From the NCBI RefSeq assembly GCF_006345805.1, contig NC_042999.1, positions 84,878,001 to 84,942,000 of the forward strand: DNA of 64,000 nucleotides. The letters run 5' to 3'. Each line of letters opens with the position of its first letter. Positions within the stretch are counted from its first letter, which is position 1. Position numbers and translations under genes: made by a program. The stretch comes from Octopus sinensis (lineage: Eukaryota). Positions 56,244 through 64,000 of the stretch are shown piece by piece. The notes below the pieces were generated by a model, which was not told the origin of the DNA, did no database searches, and saw nothing but the letters and a program-made list of their open reading frames with translations.

Positions 56244-57629
56244 ACTGGGTGAATGGAGGAATATAGATGATGCGTGTCTTTCCTTTGAAAGATTTATTCT
56301 GTTTGCTCTAAATTGACTCATTTATCTTTGGTTAATTAACTTTGGCACTGAATATCAACCCCTTCGTAAAGCATTTTCCTTTGGGAAAAACCTATGTTAA
56401 TGATAGTAAAATTATACTAAGATTGGCAAACCAAAGTAATTTATTTATATAGTTTCTACCATTTCTTTTTCCGGATACTGGAAAAAAATTTTAATATTAT
56501 TAGTACAACCAAGGTAGCTAGCAGACAGATTTGCTAGCACGACGGGCAAAATATTTAGCGGTACCTCGTCCGTGTTTATGTTCTGAGTTTAAGTATTCTG
56601 TCGGTTTCGACTTTATGTAATCGACTTATCTCTTCCCAAAACTTTCTGGCCTTATGCCAACATTGGGAATCAATGTTATTAGCGCAACTATAATTAGCTT
56701 TCAAAGTTTTTGTTTAAAATTTTAGAGTGCCAGTGACAAATGAAAAAGTACCACTTTGTTATGTTAAAGACTGTTATGATGATGTTATTAGTTAGTCATA
56801 AGATAAAATCGAGAGTTAATTTCATATTTTTCGTGTTGTTTCACAAAAATTATTCTCTCTGCGTTGAAATATTCAGTGATATTCAAAATTCGTCAGCAAA
56901 TGTTACTTGCTCAAGTCATGATAAATAGTGGGTGTCTACAGAATATATTGGTATATACAAACTATTCAGTGGACTTCTTATAAGGGTGTTATTTTCTTCT
57001 ACCTAAGTCTACTTTTACATATAAAAATATAATTATAGTGATATTTGCAGTAACAGTAATTCTTAAATTGAATTCTTTAAATACATTAAATAAAGCTTTC
57101 CAAAGTTGTCTAACTGAAAGCCATTGATATGACCTGGATGAAATTAATTAGCCGATACATCTATAAGGGCTGAATTATGCTCCATCTCTTCCAACATTTC
57201 TTCCGATTTTTCTTGCTTTCCGCGTTTTTCTTCGCTTTCTCTATACTTCTCTCTTCTATTTTACACTACACCAATCTCTGCTATTCTTTCTCTTAAATGT
57301 GTATTAAGAAAATAAAAATGCACCTTATATATCTCTATTCTATTCCACCTTATTCAACCCCCAACCACTAAACCATACCTTAAAACTGACGCCTGACATG
57401 CATTTTTACTTGCATGTATTAATTTGCACGTGTTCCACTGTGTGTTAGGATTATAAGATTTTACAAATCTAGCATTCAAAGTTTAGGGATAATAGCTATA
57501 GAATTATGGGAAGTTGAGACTGTGAGAAAACGGATGGCAGTTGTGTAAACACAAGTTCTACTCATCATTTGCCATTTTATTAAATTTATTCAATCTTATA
57601 ACTATGATTATCCTTAATTATTATTAACC

Positions 57630-58630
57630 ATGGCGTACAACTACGTCGGCCTAGCAACTTATCCCCTCCACTAATACCACCCTTTCTACCAAGTTATTCC
57701 TTTTCATGATTACCTTTGCAAATTCCTCTTACCCACATCTCACCTCTCTCATGGCCTCCCCATTCTCACTAGTTGGGTTCTTTCCCCCTTCTCTCATTTC
57801 TCCTCTTCACCTAAAATCATTTACAACTACCCCACTCAATTAGCTACTAACCTATCAACACCTCTCTGCCTGTCTTTTCACCTCCTATGCAATTTCATAC
57901 ACCACTCCATACCTCAGTACTCCCCCTCCACCACCAACCCACCTTCATTATAGTACTAACCAGTGCTACCCTAACCATAGACTCACCCTCCACTCTGTCC
58001 ACCTCTGTCTTCTCTCATACCTTTCTACATACCTTAGTAATCCTTCCACGACGCTAATTAGACATTTCCCTCCCTTAAATAATTGCCATCTCTTTTCTCA
58101 CTGTCTCAACTTCCCATAATTCTATAGCTGATTATTCCTAAACCTTGACAGTTATACACAACCTCAGCAACAACTGGCCACCCTTAAATTACTACCTATG
58201 GCACCCCTCCCACTCATCTCCCAACTTCCCACCTCTATTACCATCTCCCTTAATACCCTCATTTTAACCCATCTCCCTCTTCCTGCACGAGTTCTTTTAT
58301 CTTCTCTCACCATACCCTGTCCTAACACTTCCTATAACCAAACTGACCCTCTTACTTCCTCCCTCTAATACTGCTTGCTCTCCGCATTTAGTGATTCCAC
58401 CTTTGAACTTCTCTTGCACCATGACCTGAAATGTAAGATCTTCTCCCTGATGACGAGGGCTCAATTTATCCAATGTTGATTGCTTCCAATACGGCGTGCA
58501 CATTGTGATGAACTATATCTACTAACATTGTGATGGATCTTCGAAGCGCTGGAAACAGTTGTTGGACTTATAATACCATATTTCTCTACTGTTTGTACTC
58601 TGTATAATTTGGTTCTATTAATATAAATAT
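57630..58630 (+). mobile_element. G-depleted C/T-rich tract ending in a type-I hammerhead-like motif (putative PLE pseudo-LTR / retrozyme-like unit)
   Basis: TCC-CTGATGA(58447)..GAAA-CAGTTGT-T-GGA(58566). Same layout as 52510-53218. Confidence 0.55.
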
Positions 58631-58922
58631 CTATATATTATACTCAGATAGTCATCGTCACGAAATCATCACTCTTTGCTTTCTCTCATTCTACATGTAT
58701 ACATATATACATATTTTGTATTTCATACCCAAACTGTTATATTTAATATATTTAACTCTTTTATCTGCATAACTGCCTCCATATCTGCATGAATGAATCC
58801 CTCTTCTAGCCATTCTTTACCCCCACGAAATCGATCACCCGAAAAGACATCGGAGTCATAGTTGAATCATTTGAGCGCTACTAAATGTCTTCTATACTAA
58901 GAATCTCTGAATCTCAACTGCT

Positions 58923-58996
<74 letters not shown>

Positions 58997-59135
58997 CTAT
59001 GCGAGTACATCTCCGTAATAAATATATATATATATATAAAGTTAATCCAAACAAGAAAACACAAAAAAACACAACGCGAGGACGTGGAACAAATATAGTA
59101 TTATTGGACGCTCAGGAAAGAAGGAAAGAAGGAGG

Positions 59136-59170
59136 GTTTAACGTTTCGAGCGGAGCTCTTCGTCGGAAAC
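59136..59170 (-). ncRNA. Minimal type-I hammerhead-like motif
   Basis: GTTT-CCGACGA-A-GAGC-TCC-GCTC-GAAA-CGT-T-AAAC, within a ~200-bp unit flanked by (TA)n. Confidence 0.7.
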
Positions 59171-59259
59171 ATAGAAGGAAAGATCCAGAGAAGGGAAGAC
59201 AGAGGAAAATAATCGCCAACGGTACACACGAGGTTACATTTATATATATATATAATGAA

Positions 59260-59498
59260 TGCGCCCTTTTAAAGCCAGGCTCATGAGCCCGGTTTCCCGT
59301 TTTGAATGGCGTATATATTCCCCAGCTGGACGGGACGCCAGTCCATCGCAGTGTTACATTTTTGCCAGCTGAGTGGATTAGAGCAACGTGAAATGAAGTG
59401 TTTTGCTCAAGAACACAAAGCGTCGCCCGGTCCAGGAATCGAAACCACAATCTTACGATCATAATACTGAACCCTAATCACTAAGCCACGCGCCTCCA
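59260..59498 (-). mobile_element. tRNA-headed CORE-like SINE family B
   Basis: A-box TGGCTTAGTGA, B-box GTTTCGATTCC, CORE-like TGTGTTCTTGAGCAAAACACTT. 3' half shared with 5339-5585. Confidence 0.85.
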
Positions 59499-59499
59499 T

Positions 59500-59531
<32 letters not shown>

Positions 59532-59533
59532 TC

Positions 59534-59634
<101 letters not shown>

Positions 59635-60129
59635 TATACATATATATACATATATATACACACATACCCACATACACACACATATACATGTATATAGTAT
59701 TAGAAAATTATTATAATGCTTGTTGGTTTATTAGCATTATATCTAATAAATCCAGGTTCTTTCTTATTTCTCTCTATAGACGTCAGTTACAGCACGAAGC
59801 GTTTAATATGAGTCACAATTTGCATACTTGTCTACAGATATCTAGGAGGAAAGACGTCATTTTCACTCGTATAGTATAGATTGCATGTACAGCATCATCC
59901 ATGCAATGGAATTCAGTGATTAAGTGTGTTTCTATTAGTGTTAAATGGTGTAAAGGGAAGGGGAAAATAGTCAAGCCATTTCTCGTATTCATTTATTGAT
60001 TTATTGGAAGCAGAATCTCTATTTTGCTCCTTTACGTTTTACACTTTTCAATTTACCCGACATCGTACCTACACAGGGAATCTCAAACTAACAAACTAAC
60101 ATACTTTGTTATACAACGCACATACTCAT

Positions 60130-60175
<46 letters not shown>

Positions 60176-60547
60176 ACATACATACATACATACATACATA
60201 CATACATACATACATACATACATAATATTTATGTGTACAGGGTTATGGCTACAGTACCATTTCCACGCAGTGAAAGTGCGTTTCGTAAACTAGAAATAAT
60301 CCTTTGTATTACACACACAGGGCCTGAAAATTGATGGTGAGCCTATTACATCGACCCCAAGGGATAAAAGGCGAGGTCAACCACTCCGGAATTTGAACAG
60401 AAAACGTAACGTGGGACGAAATGCCGCTAAGCATGTTTGTCTGGTGTCCTTACGATTCTGCCACTTTGCTGCTTCCGTACACTAGAAATAATAGCATAGT
60501 AATAGTATCGGTCCAACCGATTTCGTATGTATATATGTATATACGTG

Positions 60548-60618
<71 letters not shown>

Positions 60619-61246
60619 CATACATATATATATACGATGCTCCAGCATAGCCACAATTCAAATGACTAAAACAAGTAAAAAGTAAAAGAATATGTGTATA
60701 TATATATTATATATATATATATATATATAATATATATATATATATATGTATATATGTAGGTATGCACTACGTGTGTGTATGTGTGTGTCTATATATGTAT
60801 GTATGTATGTGTGTATGTATGTATATATGTATGTATGTATGTATGCATGCATATATGTATGTATGTATGCACGAATACATGATTATTAAAAACATGATAT
60901 GCACTGAAATTCCTTCAAAATCAAAACAGAGACGAGATATTTCGAGGCAAGCAACAGTAAGAAGAAAGATAACAATACACACATATTCACAACATACGTT
61001 CAGCGTACACGAATACAAATACTTACACATACAACACAAATATATACGCTTACATATAATATACACTACAATACACATTTTTTTTCTCAGTATACGTACT
61101 GTACATGCGCAAAAGAAACGAATCCTCTTCACATACTCTAGGACCACACACACTGTATCGCATAAGAACACTCGGAATGTAAACACTCTTACAAATATAT
61201 TACTTAAACAATTCTGCAAGATAAACATAGAAAACATACAAAAACC

Positions 61247-61306
<60 letters not shown>

Positions 61307-61591
61307 CGACCTTTCAGAACTGTCAAAGGATATTTATAAAATACAAGCTTTGACATTTATCTAAGACAGAAATGAAATAAATGATTTCCTATAGAATTCA
61401 TTAAGAGCTTATCACTTTGGACACAAACATTCTAAATTATATTTAAAAGAAAACATAAAAATAACGTATATTCATACACATGTACACAAACTCATATTAT
61501 AACACAAAATACACACTCACACCTATATATATATGTTTGTGTGTGTGTGCGTGTATTTATGTATATATACAGACATATATACATATATATA

Positions 61592-61643
<52 letters not shown>

Positions 61644-61826
61644 CACACACACATGAATACATATATAAAATCATGCATAACAGATATATATACATATGTG
61701 TGTATATATGTATGCATATATATATATATATATATACATATATATACATATGTATAGACACACACATGTATACATACGTACATACATACATAGATACATA
61801 CATACATACATACATACATACATACA

Positions 61827-61858
<32 letters not shown>

Positions 61859-62726
61859 AAAAGCACGAGACAGAATGTGATATGGAAGATTTATGAGAGA
61901 AGCAAATTCGGAAACTGAAAATAGTAAAAATGGTCATGAATAAAATTACCTCCCCTATTGTACATTCATTAGTTTAAATTTTTCTTTTGTTGTATCTTCC
62001 GAATTTTTATTTTTATTTTTATTTTTCGGAGTTTGCAAACGTTCAGCTTTGTGACACACCCTGTATTCTATTTTAATATCGTATTATTTCTATTTTAATC
62101 AATTAATTTAATTATACTTTCATTGAATTTATCTAATTTCGAAAGTTTTAAATTTATCAAAATATTAAAAAGACAAGCATTTCTCCAACTAAGGACATCT
62201 GCTATTTCTGCTTCGATTTTTATGAGCCGTTGCTCATGTGCAAGTGTGTGTCTGTGTCTGTGTCTATGTGTGTGTATGATTCAGTATACTTTCAAGAGGA
62301 TTCAGTACACTTTCCGCCTCCACATAGGCTGTGGTTGTCACTGTAAGGCTATCCATGAAACCCCTTTTTGGATGTTGTGGGTTGCCCGATTCCCTTGTTG
62401 GCCATTGGGCTTCTTTATCGGCACTATTATGAAGAGTTCATTCTCATGATGAAAAGGATAGTGGTGAATTGTTCAACCAGGTATGATTCCTTTCTCCAGG
62501 TCTTGCTACCGAGTTGTAAACAAGGAAAAGTATAAAATCACGCTGGTGCTCCAACATCACTGCAGCCGCATAGCTGAAACAAAGAAAACAAATGCATATA
62601 TGCATGGTATGTATGTATATATGTATGTATGTATTTATGTATGTATTATGTATGTATATATGTAGTATGTGTGTATGTATGTATGTACGCATGCATGTAT
62701 GTATGTGTGCGTGTGTACATACTCAG

Positions 62727-63157
62727 TGTATGTTTTTGTTTGTTCGTTGGATTTACTGCCGTATAGCCCTTAAGGACGACTCCCTCATAATGCTGAGTGT
62801 TAAAATTCCTGAAAGTCATAGACAGGGAAAATAACTCAACTCCGATCGAATTCAGGAGTGAGGGATACCGATATTTCACCATTTTTGTGGCTTATCAACA
62901 TCACATACATGAATCGGATCGGGGATGAATCGAATCACCAATCTCTGGCTATATAAACATAGCATGAAAATCATTTGCTGACGTGCCACGACAATGCACA
63001 TGGAAGATTAAATTCAACAAAGTGTTGTAAACATCATCCACTGCACATACACAATGTATGTGTTTTGTTTGTTCGCCGTAATTCGCTGCGGTATAGCGCT
63101 TGGGGACGACTCCCTCATAACGCTGGTTGTTAAAATACCTGACAGCCAAAGACAGGT
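62727..63157 (+). repeat. Diverged ~100-bp direct repeat (62727-62827 and 63055-63157)
   Basis: Shared TTTGTTTGTTCG..GTATAGC..GGACGACTCCCTCATAA..TGTTAAAAT..AGACAGG. Confidence 0.8.
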
Positions 63158-63169
63158 GAGACAACAACA

Positions 63170-64000
63170 TTCTGCACCACGATATAGAAAACGCAGATAA
63201 GCTGCAGAAACAGTATTGTTTAGTCTTCTTTAATCCTCGAGAGGTAAGCTACTTCAATGAAATCAACAACCAGTTCATCATTCCCCAGTTAACCTTCACT
63301 GTCTCAAACAACATTCCAGCAATAAATGAAACCAAATATTTTTCTGCAGTAGACCCTGATAGATTCCCCGCCCTTGTCATGAAGGAATAGACAACAACTT
63401 GCATCCTCTACTTGAGAGAAAATCTTTAGATTCTGGCTATGCACCCAAACATTGCTTATCCCATTCTCTCATCCCAGTTTTCAAAAGGAAAACCAGGTCT
63501 CTTGCAGTTAACTATCAGCTTGTTTCACTTATCTCTCATAAGACCAAATTATTTGAAAGGGTGGCGGGTTCAATAAAAAACTGGTCACCTAAAGACTAAC
63601 TAATTTCAACCAGTATAACTTTCGTTGCGGCAGAGATTGGCTTACGCAGCTTCTACAACACTTTGATAACTTCCTTAAAGTTTTGGGAAGACCTCAAATA
63701 CTCATCCTATATTTCTCACTTTACCAAACGTCCTGTTACTAAAAGTGTCCAACACTAGAATCCACGGAAAACTGCTGCACTGGACCAAGTGAATAGAACC
63801 TCACATGTTGTGATCGATGGAATCCATACAAGCCCAGTAAAATTCAGCAGTAGTGTTCCCCAAGGAATTGTATAGGCCCACTTCTCTTCATAGTATATAT
63901 GTACAGTAAATACGCCTATTCGCAGATGGCTCCAAGCTTCAGAAATTTATCAGTGGAGAAGACAGAATAAAACTCCTGTGTAATCTGTAAGTCAAGGAGC
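63170..64000 (+). mobile_element. Degenerate CR1/L2-group LINE RT fragment (runs off window)
   Basis: IPVFK..NYQLVSLISH..KLFER, QYNFR.GR..LTQL, SSVPQGIV, PLLFIVY, LFADGSKL. Confidence 0.85.

Overview
AT-rich, microsatellite-saturated animal genomic DNA, intronic or intergenic. The repeat content (tRNA/CORE-type SINEs, dense (TA)n/(TACA)n/(TAA)n) looks like an octopus or other coleoid cephalopod; this is an inference. No intact host protein-coding gene can be supported, and nearly all listed ORFs are microsatellite artefacts. Recognisable content: (1) two nests of degenerate restriction-like-endonuclease (R4/Dong-type) non-LTR retrotransposons sitting in (TAA)n tracts at 0.5-4.3 kb and 29-36.4 kb; (2) a ~557-nt non-coding element that uses the same TAA target, in 3 copies; (3) Penelope-like remnants with at least five minimal type-I hammerhead-ribozyme-like motifs, most near (TA)n; (4) Tc1, mariner, Tx1/L1 and CR1-type fragments; (5) three tRNA-related SINE families, one as a TSD-flanked dimer; (6) long fold-back palindromes; (7) a ~1.42-kb near-identical tandem duplication that may be an assembly artefact; (8) a few unique-sequence islands with minus-strand splice signals and a CRE/CCAAT motif cluster. 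All coordinates and folds were read by eye.
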